NCBI GenBank assembly: GCA_040753835.1
Contig: JBFMDM010000003.1
Coordinates: 1-52,597 of the forward strand
Direction: 5' to 3'
Source of the DNA: Planctomycetota bacterium
Lineage (GTDB): Bacteria; Planctomycetota; MHYJ01; JACQXL01
Length of the DNA: 52,597 bases
Shown: positions 1 through 9,770 of the stretch, piece after piece
Layout: every line of letters starts with the position of its first letter
Position numbering within the stretch: position 1 is the stretch's first letter
Notes under the pieces: model-generated
Told to the model about the DNA's origin: nothing
Databases searched by the model: none
Seen by the model: only the letters and a program-made list of their open reading frames with translations
Translations under genes and position numbers: made by a program

Positions 1-585
1 ATGGGCAATCATTTCCGTGATGATGATAATATCCTCCAGAGGCAGGTAGTGGGTGATGCTTGTATCATAGAGCACCTTGAGGGTCTCTATGGCGGGTTGT
101 CCCATCTCGGATTCCCATAAGATAAAGGATATCGGCACATTGGGCAGGACCAGGGCCTTAAGCCGGTACTGGCGTCCGTCCCTGGACAGGTTAAATCCTA
201 TCTTCTCAGCGGCCCTGATAAACCCATCCGGAGCCGAGGCGAACTTCCGGATAATCAGGTTAATACTGCGCGCCTTGTAGGTCGGGTAATAGAAGGCCGC
301 GCCCGGGATGGTTTCCAGTGTAACCTCCTCCCTGCTGAGCGGCGCGCCGTCCGCCGTGACCAGATAGTGCAAAAGCAGTATCTTCTCGCTGATGCGCACC
401 TCGCGCCCTGACGAAACGGTTATGTCTTTGCCACGTTCCTTAATAGTAAACACATCGCCCATCAGTTCCAGCGACAGGGTTTCGCCTTCTATTCTGGCGC
501 TGCTGTTAAAGGCAATGTCATCCAGATTCATCTGCGCCAAGCGGTCGCAGGCCAGTTTGTATGATGTTTCGTAGGGGTTAGGCAT
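1..585 (-). CDS. DUF3786-like protein, 3' end truncated by the window edge
   Basis: Not in the ORF track. Manual translation from ATG at 585 is open to base 1: MPNPYETSYKLACDRL...KILLLHYLVTADG...IPGAAFYYPTY...LPNVPISFILWE...LYDTSITHYLPLEDI. The LLHYL, LP.VP...LW and YLP.EDI segments are typical of DUF3786. Confidence 0.75.
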   Translation of the reverse strand, partial: MPNPYETSYKLACDRLAQMNLDDIAFNSSARIEGETLSLELMGDVFTIKERGKDITVSSGREVRISEKILLLHYLVTADGAPLSREEVTLETIPGAAFYYPTYKARSINLIIRKFASAPDGFIRAAEKIGFNLSRDGRQYRLKALVLPNVPISFILWESEMGQPAIETLKVLYDTSITHYLPLEDIIIITEMIAH

Positions 586-600
586 ATCTGATTTATTAAC

Positions 601-628
601 TTGTAAGTTATCGGGTTATAATTATAAT
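601..628 (+). promoter_or_regulatory. sigma70-type promoter, probably leaderless transcript
   Basis: TTGTAA-16 nt-TATAAT, with ATG 7 nt downstream and no SD. Confidence 0.55.
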
Positions 629-635
629 TAATTCC

Positions 636-1256
636 ATGCCCAAATATTCCATTGTCTTTGAGGACGACTACCTGCTTGTCGTAGATAAGCCCTCCGGTCT
701 CCTGGTCATTCCCACGCCCAAAGGCGAGACGAACACCCTGACCGATTTACTGAATGAATACCTGCAGGCAAAATCCCCAAACAGCCCCAAGTCGCATCCC
801 TGCCACCGCCTGGACCGCGAGACCTCAGGCCTGATATTATACGCCAAAGGCAAGGCAATGCAACAAAAAGTGATGAACCAGTTCCACCGGAAAGAGGTGG
901 GCAAGAAATACCTGGCCTTTGTCCAGGGGCATCCCAAGAAAGAAACGGGCCTTATCAATTATAAACTGGAAGGCAACGAAGCGGCCACCCAATACCGGGT
1001 TGTTAAATACTACGGCTCCAGATATACCCTGGTTGAAGCCGAGCCGCTGACCGGCCGGACCAACCAGATCCGCCTGCATTTCAAAATGATAGGCCATCCG
1101 GTGGTGGGCGAGCGCAAATTCGCCTTTGCCAGGGATTTTGCGGTCAAGGCCAGGCGGCTGATGCTTCATTCGTCCTTTATCTCCTTTACCCATCCGGCTA
1201 CCAATCAGCAGATGAGTTTTAGTAGCAATCTGCCGACGGATATGATAATATTATAG
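636..1256 (+). CDS. RluA-family RNA pseudouridine synthase
   Basis: VVDKPSGL, HRLDRETSG (catalytic Asp), TGRTNQIRLH and GHPVVGE motifs. Confidence 0.92.
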   Translation: MPKYSIVFEDDYLLVVDKPSGLLVIPTPKGETNTLTDLLNEYLQAKSPNSPKSHPCHRLDRETSGLILYAKGKAMQQKVMNQFHRKEVGKKYLAFVQGHPKKETGLINYKLEGNEAATQYRVVKYYGSRYTLVEAEPLTGRTNQIRLHFKMIGHPVVGERKFAFARDFAVKARRLMLHSSFISFTHPATNQQMSFSSNLPTDMIIL

Positions 1257-1257
1257 T

Positions 1258-2343
1258 ATGATTATCCAGCGCTATGTAATCAAAGAATGGCTGATAAACT
1301 TCCTGATGGTGACCACTGTCCTGTTGGCCGTGATTCTGCTGATTGTGCCGTTCTTCCAGTTCCAGAAGTTCACGGCCCTGGATGAGGATTTCATCTTCAA
1401 GGTCCTACCGTATTTCATACCCATCTCGCTGGTCTATATCGTGCCGCTGTCCGTGCTCCTGGCCAGTTTATTCGTCTTCGGCCGGCTGTCCGAGGATAAC
1501 GAACTTCTGGCGATGAAATCATCCGGCATCTCGCTGGGCCGGATAGTCCGTCCGGTGTTTTACCTCGCCGTTATCCTGTCCATCGGCGTAATCCTGATAA
1601 ACACCCGGTTAATCCCGTACTGCCATTCCCAGACCCGGCAGTTGACCATTTCCGTATTTGAGAAGCGTATCTTTGCCGGCGCCCGCGGCGCGGACGAGAT
1701 AAAACTGCCGGACGGCAAGATTACCTACGCCAACCACAACAACGAGGCATTTGAATCGGTGCGGCTCCTCAAGTTCGGCCAGAAGCGCGAGGAACTGGCT
1801 GAGGAACTCTCGGCCCAGAAGGGCAAGTTCACGATTGACAGCGATAAGGCCGAACTCTCCCTGGACCTGGACAGGGTCTATATCACCCGATGGGAAAAAG
1901 GCGCGCCGCACCTGATGAAGTCCGACCGGACGATTTACAAGATGGATATCTCCACGCTCTTTGCCCCGTCCCGCAAGAACCTGGCCAGTTTGACCGACCG
2001 GGAACTGGACGAGATGCTCGCCCAGTATAAAGGAAATCCGGCCAGGACCCGGCAGGTCCTGTTCAACAAATACCAGCGCTATGCCGGCGGCCTGACCCCG
2101 CTGATATTCGCCCTTATCGGCATCCCCATCGGCGTTCTTATCCGCAAGGGCTCAAAGGTGGCGGCTATCGGCGCCAGCATGCTTATCGTCTTTGTGGGCT
2201 ATTATCCCCTGACGATGTTTGCCAACCTGCTGGGCGTGAAAAAGGCCGTTATCCCGGTCTCGGCCTCGGTCTGGCTGGGCAATATCGTTCTCGGGCTGGC
2301 CGCCCTGGCGCTCTTTTATTATATTATCAAAAATGATAAGTAG
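1258..2343 (+). CDS. lptF: LPS export ABC permease LptF/YjgP family
   Basis: 3 TM helices, GRLSEDNELLAMKSSGIS motif, periplasmic domain, 3 TM helices; paired with an LptG-like gene. Confidence 0.85.
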   Translation: MIIQRYVIKEWLINFLMVTTVLLAVILLIVPFFQFQKFTALDEDFIFKVLPYFIPISLVYIVPLSVLLASLFVFGRLSEDNELLAMKSSGISLGRIVRPVFYLAVILSIGVILINTRLIPYCHSQTRQLTISVFEKRIFAGARGADEIKLPDGKITYANHNNEAFESVRLLKFGQKREELAEELSAQKGKFTIDSDKAELSLDLDRVYITRWEKGAPHLMKSDRTIYKMDISTLFAPSRKNLASLTDRELDEMLAQYKGNPARTRQVLFNKYQRYAGGLTPLIFALIGIPIGVLIRKGSKVAAIGASMLIVFVGYYPLTMFANLLGVKKAVIPVSASVWLGNIVLGLAALALFYYIIKNDK

Positions 2344-3517
2344 ATTTACCGGCTACTCCATCAGGAAACTGGATTATTACGTCCTGGAATCCTTCTTGTT
2401 TGCCCTGGCCATTTCCATCCTGTCCCTCCTGGGCCTGTATATCGTGATACATTTCTTCACCAATATCAGCGACTTTATTGAAATCACCCAGCAGGAAATC
2501 CTCATCTTCATCCCCTGGTATTACCTGATACGGCTGCCGATAATCCTGTATAAACTCATCCCGATAATGATGCTCATTGCGGTGATGATAGCCGTCTCGC
2601 GGCTGATGAAGACCCGCGAACTGATAGCGATGCTCTCGGCCGGCATCGGCATCCACCGCATCGTCCTGCCGGTTCTTGTGGCCGTGCTGGTTATTATCTG
2701 CTTTATGTATTTCGTTGACGAGGTGGTCACGCCCTATCTGGGCAAATATCTGACCATCACGGAAAAGATTCTCAAGTCCGAGGGTTCGGACCGCTTTCTT
2801 ATCAGGTCCTCCAGAGGCGGATCCGCCTTCGGCGGACACACCGACGCCGCCGCAACAGACCAGGAGCCGACAACCTACCAGTTCACCATAAAAAAATACG
2901 ACTATGTAAAACAGCAGATGCATTCCGTCTGGGTGAACCAGTATGACCGCGAGAATACGCTGGTTGCCCAGATTGTTGCGGAAAGGGCGCAGTGGCAGGA
3001 AAAGCCGCCCAAGGGCTGGCCGGCCGATAAGTTCGTGCCCGGCTGGATGTTCTATAACGGAACGTTTTATTCCTATGACAGCAATGGCCGGCGCCGGGCG
3101 CTTCCCCAGACATTTAAGAACGAGGGGTTCCTGGTTTTCTGCGACCTGACCCCGCGCTCCATAGAAAAGGTTGAGGAGACCTCGGCCTATATGAATTCCC
3201 GCCAGTTGAGCAACCTCATTGCCCTCCAGCCCAATAATCAGGCCCTGCAGGTAAAATATTATTCCAAACTGACCGACCCGCTGATTGTCCTGATACTGAT
3301 ATTCCTGGGACTGCCCTTTGCCCTGGCCAGCAAGTCCCAGAATTTCTTCACCGGCATCGGCATCTGCCTGTCCAGCAGTTTGGCATTCTTCCTGATAAAA
3401 TTCCTGTTTGAGGGATTCGGCAACAAGGGTCTTCTGCCTCCCTTATTGGCCGTGATATTGCCCTTGCTGATATTCGGCGGGATTGGTATAATATTATCCA
3501 AAAGGATTCGCACTTAA
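2333..3517 (+). CDS. lptG: LPS export ABC permease LptG/YjgQ family
   Basis: LDYYV N-terminus, RELIAMLSAGIG motif, AERAQW...W periplasmic motif, C-terminal LLPPLLA helix; overlaps lptF. Confidence 0.85.
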   Translation: MISRFTGYSIRKLDYYVLESFLFALAISILSLLGLYIVIHFFTNISDFIEITQQEILIFIPWYYLIRLPIILYKLIPIMMLIAVMIAVSRLMKTRELIAMLSAGIGIHRIVLPVLVAVLVIICFMYFVDEVVTPYLGKYLTITEKILKSEGSDRFLIRSSRGGSAFGGHTDAAATDQEPTTYQFTIKKYDYVKQQMHSVWVNQYDRENTLVAQIVAERAQWQEKPPKGWPADKFVPGWMFYNGTFYSYDSNGRRRALPQTFKNEGFLVFCDLTPRSIEKVEETSAYMNSRQLSNLIALQPNNQALQVKYYSKLTDPLIVLILIFLGLPFALASKSQNFFTGIGICLSSSLAFFLIKFLFEGFGNKGLLPPLLAVILPLLIFGGIGIILSKRIRT

Positions 3518-3523
3518 AACCAT

Positions 3524-4369
3524 ATGAATAATCAAGACCAATTCAGCCGCCATACGCGGCTTCCGTATTTCGGGCCTGAAGGCCAGAAGAAGATAGAGCA
3601 GGCCAGGGTATTTATCGTGGGCGCGGGCGGCCTGGGCTCGCCCGCGGCCACTTACCTCGCTGCGGCCGGAGTCGGCACGCTCGGGCTGGCTGACAACGAC
3701 ACCGTGGAACCATCCAACCTGCCCCGCCAGATACTGCACAGCCCGGCCACGGTGGGCGAACTCAAGACCGAGTCGGCTGAAAAGCGCCTGAGACAACTCC
3801 ATCCGGACCTCAAACTTGATATCTATTCCGAACGGCTCAAGGCCGATAATATCGCCGGCATAATCAGGAAATACGACCTGGTGATTGACGGCAGCGATAA
3901 TTTTGGCACCAAGTTCCTGCTGAACGATGCCTGCGTGATGAATAATATTCCATTGATTCACGCCGGAGTCCTGCGCTATACCGGACAGATAATGACTATT
4001 ATCCCATCCAACCCGCCTGACCGTCGGGCAGGTTCGCAATTGGCAATTAGCAATCCGCAATGGGCATCGGCCTGTTACCGCTGTATCTTTCCCGAACCGC
4101 CGCCGGCCAATTCCGTGCCGACCTGCCAGGAAGCCGGCATTCTCAATACCGTGGCCGGAATCATCGGGCTGGTCCAGGCCACCGAGGCAGTCAAGATTAT
4201 TATCGGAGCCGGCAAGCCGCTCGTTAATAAACTGCTCATCTTTGACGCGCTGGAGATGAATTTCAGGACTATAGAGATACAGCGCAATAAAAACTGCCCG
4301 GTCTGCTCCAAGAACGCTGTGATAAAGAAACTTACAGATTGCGATTCTGCTTCATTAGAATGCAGATAA
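3524..4369 (+). CDS. MoeB/ThiF/HesA-family adenylyltransferase
   Basis: VGAGGLGS, DTVEPSNLPRQ, DGSDNF, CYRC and CPVC Zn motifs. Confidence 0.92.
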   Translation: MNNQDQFSRHTRLPYFGPEGQKKIEQARVFIVGAGGLGSPAATYLAAAGVGTLGLADNDTVEPSNLPRQILHSPATVGELKTESAEKRLRQLHPDLKLDIYSERLKADNIAGIIRKYDLVIDGSDNFGTKFLLNDACVMNNIPLIHAGVLRYTGQIMTIIPSNPPDRRAGSQLAISNPQWASACYRCIFPEPPPANSVPTCQEAGILNTVAGIIGLVQATEAVKIIIGAGKPLVNKLLIFDALEMNFRTIEIQRNKNCPVCSKNAVIKKLTDCDSASLECR

Positions 4370-4394
4370 TATAATTACTGATTACTCCACAATT

Positions 4395-5345
4395 ATGACC
4401 ATTTATTTGGTTTATTCTGACATCTATCTGGAACACGACACCGGGCAGCACCCTGAAACCAGCCAGCGGCTGGCCGCCACCATGGCTTACCTCAAAAGAA
4501 AGAAATGGCTGGAGCGGGTCACCCTGCTTGACCCGCGCCGAGCAACAATGGAAGAGATTGAATACATCCACAGCCGGAAACATATTGAATCGGTCCGTAA
4601 GGTGGCTGAAGAAGCGGCCCTGCCTGCCGCAGGCAGGGGTTATCTGGACGGCGATACACCGGTCTCGGAGAAATCCTACGAGGTGGCGCTCTATGCCGCC
4701 GGCGGAGTCCTTACTGCGGTTGACAAGGTAATCAATACTCCAAAATCCAACTCCCTATGTCTGGTCCGCCCGCCCGGGCATCACGCCCGGCCTGATTACG
4801 GTATGGGTTTCTGTCTCTTTAACAACATTGCCATTGCAGCCCGCTATGCCCAAAAGAAACACGGGCTCAAGAAGATTGCCATCATTGACTGGGACCTGCA
4901 TCACGGCAACGGCACCCAGGAGGCGTTTTGGAATGATGACTCGGTGCTGTTCTGCTCCCTGCACCGCTATCCGTATTATCCGGGCAGCGGCTCTGAAGCG
5001 GAAACCGGCTCAGGCAAAGGCAAGGGGTTTACCGTCAATATCCCGGTCTCCGACCATATATCCAGCAGGGAGTACCTGGATAAATTCAGGCAACTGATGG
5101 ACGATAAGGTAAGACCGTTCAGCCCGGATTTAATCCTTATCTCAGCCGGATTTGACGGCTACAAGAACGACCCGTTGGGCGGGCTGGGGCTGGAGATAGC
5201 GGACTTTGCCGCTATGACGCAGATGGTTCGGGCCGCGGCTGACGAATGCTGTGCAGGCCGGATTGTCAGCGCCCTTGAAGGCGGTTATGATATCCAAGGA
5301 CTGCCGCTCTGCATTGAGGCGCATTTGTCCGCACTGGCGTCTTGA
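4395..5345 (+). CDS. Zn-dependent histone deacetylase-family protein
   Basis: HPE, RPPGHHA, GFCLFNN, DWDLHHGNGT, SAGFD and LEGGY motifs. Confidence 0.95.
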   Translation: MTIYLVYSDIYLEHDTGQHPETSQRLAATMAYLKRKKWLERVTLLDPRRATMEEIEYIHSRKHIESVRKVAEEAALPAAGRGYLDGDTPVSEKSYEVALYAAGGVLTAVDKVINTPKSNSLCLVRPPGHHARPDYGMGFCLFNNIAIAARYAQKKHGLKKIAIIDWDLHHGNGTQEAFWNDDSVLFCSLHRYPYYPGSGSEAETGSGKGKGFTVNIPVSDHISSREYLDKFRQLMDDKVRPFSPDLILISAGFDGYKNDPLGGLGLEIADFAAMTQMVRAAADECCAGRIVSALEGGYDIQGLPLCIEAHLSALAS

Positions 5346-5372
5346 TGACTCTGTGGAATCTGTGGCTTTTAT

Positions 5373-5401
5373 TTGACCCTGGTATAGGTTCGTTATATAA
5401 T
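5373..5401 (+). promoter_or_regulatory. sigma70-type promoter, probably leaderless transcript
   Basis: TTGACC-17 nt-TATAAT, with ATG 6 nt downstream. Confidence 0.65.
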
Positions 5402-5407
5402 ACAGCA

Positions 5408-6262
5408 ATGTCAAACATCTATAACATCGCCAGAATCACCTATCAGGAGGCGGTGCGCCAGACACTGTTCTATATCGTGCTGGCCGTCTCGGCCGTCCTG
5501 CTCCTGATATCGCCGCTCTTCTGCCTGTTCGCCTTCGGCGAGGAACTCTCAATGATGCGCGAGGTCGGCTTGGCCACCATTACCTTTGCCGGAATCCTCA
5601 TCGCCATCCTGACCGCCTCCCAGGTCATCACCAGCGAGATAGAAAACCTCACGGCCATAATGCTCCTGGCCAAGCCGGTCCGGCGCGGTGAATTCATCCT
5701 CGGCAAGTTCTGCGGCATCCTCTTTGCGGTCTTTATTGCCTTCCTGTTCCTGGGCGCGGTCTTTGTCCTGACCTACTGGTGGAAGGAGGGCCTGCCGGTG
5801 ATTCAGGCCAATATCAAGACAGGCAAATATCTTGAGGGCTCGTCGTCTGCCCTGAAAGACACCTATAATTTCTTCCGGACCGATATCTGGCTCCTGGCCA
5901 AGGGCATCTACGGCTGTTTCCTGCAGGTAACCATCCTGGCCGCCTTTGCCGTGGTTCTTTCCACCTATTTTTCCCTGGTCATCTCGGGCATCGGTTGCTT
6001 TGCCGTCCTTATCCTGGGCAATATCTCGGACTATCTTTACCACTCGTTAAGCCAGGGCTCGTCAATAATCATCACCGGCCCGGCTCGGATTGTCTCGGCG
6101 CTCCTGCCCCATTTCAGTTTGCTCAACACCAGTTCGCTGGTCACGACCAAGGCCGGGCTGTCAGTCAACTACCTTTTCCTGACCTCTTTTTATACGCTGA
6201 TTTATGTTGCTTTTTTATTATATATTACAATACTGATATTCTCAAGGCGGGAAATTAAATAG
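5408..6262 (+). CDS. ABC-2 type transporter permease
   Basis: IARITYQEAVR start, EIENLTAIMLLAKPVRRGEFILGKFCG motif, FSRREIK end. Start moved to ATG 5408, just after the promoter. Confidence 0.85.
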   Translation: MSNIYNIARITYQEAVRQTLFYIVLAVSAVLLLISPLFCLFAFGEELSMMREVGLATITFAGILIAILTASQVITSEIENLTAIMLLAKPVRRGEFILGKFCGILFAVFIAFLFLGAVFVLTYWWKEGLPVIQANIKTGKYLEGSSSALKDTYNFFRTDIWLLAKGIYGCFLQVTILAAFAVVLSTYFSLVISGIGCFAVLILGNISDYLYHSLSQGSSIIITGPARIVSALLPHFSLLNTSSLVTTKAGLSVNYLFLTSFYTLIYVAFLLYITILIFSRREIK

Positions 6263-6318
6263 GTGATTGTGTGATTAGGGAATTGCCCCAATGACCCAAT
6301 AACCCAATAACCCAATTT

Positions 6319-7044
6319 ATGCGCTATGTAATATTCGGTGATATCCACGGCAACCTGGAGGCGCTTGAGGCCGTGCTGGAAAAGATGGCCAACGAGAAGC
6401 CGGATAAATACATCTGTATGGGCGACCTGGTCGGCTACTGCGCTAATCCCAACGAGTGCATTGAAAAGGCCCGCGCGCTCAATCCCGTCTTTATAGCCGG
6501 CAACCACGACTACGCCGCGGCCGGACTGCTCAACGTGGATTTCTTCAACACCTACGCCTTCCGGGCCATAGAATGGACCAAACAGCAGTTGACGCCGGAG
6601 AACAAGGAATTCCTCAGGAATATGAAACTGGTCCAGCGCATCAACAACCTCACCGTGGTCCACGCCACGCCCTACAACCCGGAGATGTTTGAGTATATGG
6701 AGAACAACTACGACGTCCAGTTGGCCCTGACCTCGCTCAGTACGCCGGTCTGCTTTATCGGGCATTCGCATATTCCCATCTCATTCACGATTAACCGGGG
6801 TACAATATCATTCTCTACCGAGCCCTATACAACCATAAAGGGCAACAACAAGGTGATAGTCAATGTGGGCAGTGTGGGCCAGCCGCGGGACGAGAACCCC
6901 GAGGCCGCCTATGCGGTCTATGATACGGACGAAGCCGTGGTCTGGATTAAGCGGGTGGAATACAATATCCAGAAAACCTCCGAGAAGATAGTCAAGGCCA
7001 AACTGCCCGAAATCCTGGCTGAACGAATTAAATACGGCAGATAA
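6319..7044 (+). CDS. calcineurin-like metallophosphoesterase
   Basis: DIHGN, GDLVGY, GNHD, GHSH and NVGSVGQPRD motifs. Confidence 0.92.
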   Translation: MRYVIFGDIHGNLEALEAVLEKMANEKPDKYICMGDLVGYCANPNECIEKARALNPVFIAGNHDYAAAGLLNVDFFNTYAFRAIEWTKQQLTPENKEFLRNMKLVQRINNLTVVHATPYNPEMFEYMENNYDVQLALTSLSTPVCFIGHSHIPISFTINRGTISFSTEPYTTIKGNNKVIVNVGSVGQPRDENPEAAYAVYDTDEAVVWIKRVEYNIQKTSEKIVKAKLPEILAERIKYGR

Positions 7045-7219
7045 TATATTTCGCCACAAAGACACCCCGCCCGCAGGCGAGTCCCACCGGGACCCAGTGT
7101 GGTCTCGCCAGAGGCGACAAGACACCAAGAATGCGAAACGATTGTGGAAGCGAATACCGCAGTAACTGTAAGAGAACGTTCTTTGTGCCTTCGTGCCTTA
7201 GTGGCTATCTTTAAAATAT

Positions 7220-8098
7220 ATGAATTTAGCAGTTAAGGTTGGCCCCTTCAGGTTCAAGAACCCCATCCTTCTTGCCTCTGGTACTTATGGCTACGGCAAA
7301 TCATCAAAGACCCTGAACGTTGATTCCCGTATCAGCCAACTGGGAGGGTTTGTTACTAAGACCATCACCCTAAAACCCCGGCTGGGCAACAATCCGCCCC
7401 GCATTGTGGAGACCGCATCCGGTATCATCAACTCGGTCGGGCTGGAAAATCCGGGTATGGAGAAATTCTGTCAGGACTACCTGCCTGAAATGGGACGGAT
7501 AAAGACGACCAGGATTATCAGCATCGGCGGCGCGTCCGCAGACGAAATTATCCGGGCCATCCGGGTGTTCCAGAAACACCAATACCGCGTCTTTGACGGC
7601 ATAGAACTCAACATCTCCTGCCCGAATGTGGAAAGGGGTGGACGATGCATTGCTCAATCGCCTCAGGATGTCCGAAAGACCGTGCACCAGGTCTTGAAGG
7701 TGTCGCGCCTGCCTGTCATTGTCAAACTCTCGCCCAATGTCACGGACATCGTGGAGATAGCCCAATCGGCCCTGAAGTCCGGCGCTAAAGTCCTGTCGCT
7801 CATCAACACGGTTGCGGCCCTGGCTGTCAATTACCGTACCGGCAAGCCCATCCTGGGCGCAACTACGGGCGGCCTGTCCGGCCCGTGCATCAAACCCATT
7901 GCCTTAAAGATGGTTCACGATGTGGCCAGCAAGACCAAAGCCGAGGTCATCGGCATCGGCGGCATAATGAACGCCCGTGATGTGCTGGAATTCCTGTCTG
8001 TGGGCGCCAAGGCAGTCCAGGTCGGCACGTTGAACCTCGTTGACCCCTTTGCAGTGTTTAAGATACCGGCTCAGTTAAAGAAAATATCTCGCGGGTAA
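7220..8098 (+). CDS. pyrD: dihydroorotate dehydrogenase, family 1 catalytic subunit
   Basis: NPILLASGT, TKTIT, NSVGLENPG, ELNISCPN, KLSPN, GGLSGP and IGIGGI motifs. Confidence 0.95.
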   Translation: MNLAVKVGPFRFKNPILLASGTYGYGKSSKTLNVDSRISQLGGFVTKTITLKPRLGNNPPRIVETASGIINSVGLENPGMEKFCQDYLPEMGRIKTTRIISIGGASADEIIRAIRVFQKHQYRVFDGIELNISCPNVERGGRCIAQSPQDVRKTVHQVLKVSRLPVIVKLSPNVTDIVEIAQSALKSGAKVLSLINTVAALAVNYRTGKPILGATTGGLSGPCIKPIALKMVHDVASKTKAEVIGIGGIMNARDVLEFLSVGAKAVQVGTLNLVDPFAVFKIPAQLKKISRG

Positions 8099-8164
8099 CC
8101 ACAGACCTATCCCGCCTACCCGCTGCAAGCAGGTTGTATGACGGGATTATACGAATTGATATAA

Positions 8165-9247
8165 ATGTCTAAAAAATCCCTGTTACAATTAGGATTATTT
8201 ACGACGCTTATAATTATGGTCCCTTATCATGCCTATTCCAATACGGGCACGGTAGTAATGTGGGCCGGAATAGCCCATCTGTTTATCGGGAATGCTGTTA
8301 TCGGACTAATTGAAGGCCTGATTATTGGTATTGTCTTTAAAACCAGCAGATTGTTGACTGTTCCGGTTATGATTGCCGCCAACTATATTTCAATGTGGGT
8401 CGGAACTTACCTTTTTGGCAAGATGTCTGATAAATTCCAGCATATTGTCACAATATACAACGCCGCCTTTATTTTAGCGGCATTGATTATTGTATCATTT
8501 CTGTTCACTTTTATCCTGGAATGGCCATTCTGCCTATTCTTATTCCGTAAGCAGGAGAAGAAGATTAAACGTTCCTTATTAGCCAATCTTATCACACAGT
8601 CAATATCTTATGTCCTGCTGATTGCGTTTTATGCCCTGCCCAGCGGCGCCAGTTTGATTACCGATGTAAAAATCGACAAAACTTTATCATTTGCCACAAC
8701 GCAAAAGATGTGGATTTATTATATCTCCACGGATAACGGCGACATATACCGGATTAGGCAAAACGGCGCATCAAATGAAAAGATATTGGATGCCAATATC
8801 ACTGATAAGTTTGATGGTCTTTTCTTACGTCCGTCAAACGACACGCCTTACAGCAATTTATGCGTAACGGAAGGAAGGGGTGATAGAATTTTAATCCCAC
8901 ATTTTACGGCAGAGTCGATGATTCCATATTATCCGGAAAAAGACGAACAGCCATCTTGGTTTAAACCCATTGATTTGAGACCGGTGGACCAGCAGGACTG
9001 GGATGTCTCGGTCGGATTCTGGGCTATTGAAGGACTGCGCGCTAAAAATAAGGTCAATGGGAAAAAGTTCCGGTTGGCTATGGAAACACCTTTTGTTAGC
9101 ATGTCTATAAGAAATATAACATTGCTGCCAAGTAACCAAGCGGTTTTTCAGATTAATGATAATCAGATTGCCTTATTAGATTTGAACAGCAGAAAACTGG
9201 GATTAATTATCACCGGTCGCGGTCCTTTGGTGATTATGGAAAAGTAG
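8165..9247 (+). CDS. hypothetical membrane protein (about 5 TM helices plus a soluble C-terminal domain)
   Basis: 360-aa ORF with hydrophobic N-half; visibly AT-richer than its neighbours; family not recognised. Confidence 0.7.
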   Translation: MSKKSLLQLGLFTTLIIMVPYHAYSNTGTVVMWAGIAHLFIGNAVIGLIEGLIIGIVFKTSRLLTVPVMIAANYISMWVGTYLFGKMSDKFQHIVTIYNAAFILAALIIVSFLFTFILEWPFCLFLFRKQEKKIKRSLLANLITQSISYVLLIAFYALPSGASLITDVKIDKTLSFATTQKMWIYYISTDNGDIYRIRQNGASNEKILDANITDKFDGLFLRPSNDTPYSNLCVTEGRGDRILIPHFTAESMIPYYPEKDEQPSWFKPIDLRPVDQQDWDVSVGFWAIEGLRAKNKVNGKKFRLAMETPFVSMSIRNITLLPSNQAVFQINDNQIALLDLNSRKLGLIITGRGPLVIMEK

Positions 9248-9356
9248 ATTTCTTGGGAGTCCTGGAGTAACATGCTTATTATTTGTCCTAAAACTGGTCA
9301 TTTTCCCCCAACCCCTTTATTCCCGTTGGTTACGTCAAAATAGCGCCTGAATATAT

Positions 9357-9374
9357 ATGTTGGACGTCCAACAT
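9357..9374. promoter_or_regulatory. parS-like 18-bp perfect palindrome, copy 1
   Basis: ATGTTGGACGTCCAACAT; canonical parS is TGTTTCACGTGAAACA; lies downstream of parB. Confidence 0.65.
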
Positions 9375-9424
9375 TTTGACCATGGGTATAGGCAAACCTA
9401 TGTGTATATCATATCCAACGGATG

Positions 9425-9765
9425 TGTGATACAAGCCCAGCGGGCCTGTGATACAAGCCCAGCGGGTCTGTGATACAAGCCCAGCGGGCCTGTGATACAA
9501 GCCCAGCGGGTCTGTGATACAAGCCCAGCGGGCCTGTGATACAAGCCCAACGGGCCTGTGATATAAGCCCAGCGGGCCTGTGATACAAGCCCAGCGGTCC
9601 TGTGATATAAGCCCAACGGGTCTGTGATACAAGCCCAACGGGTCTGTGATACAAGCCCAGCGGTCCTGTGATACAAGCCCAGTGGGCCTGTGATATAAGC
9701 CCATCGGGTCTGTGATACAAACCCAGCGGGTCTGTGATACAAGCCCAGCGGTGGTGTGATACAAG
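9425..9765. repeat. 22-bp tandem repeat array (15 full units plus a partial one)
   Basis: Unit TGTGATAYAAGCCCAGCGGGYC at 9425, 9447 ... 9733, partial unit at 9755; an eroded unit at 9403-9424. Confidence 0.97.
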
Positions 9766-9770
9766 GGTAT

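Noticed and set aside
9425-9765. CRISPR array
   Set aside because: Units are contiguous with no unique spacers, and no cas genes are in the window.
9425-9765. DnaA-box cluster (oriC)
   Set aside because: TGTGATAY only loosely resembles TGTGGATAA, and no dnaA, dnaN or clear unwinding element is nearby.
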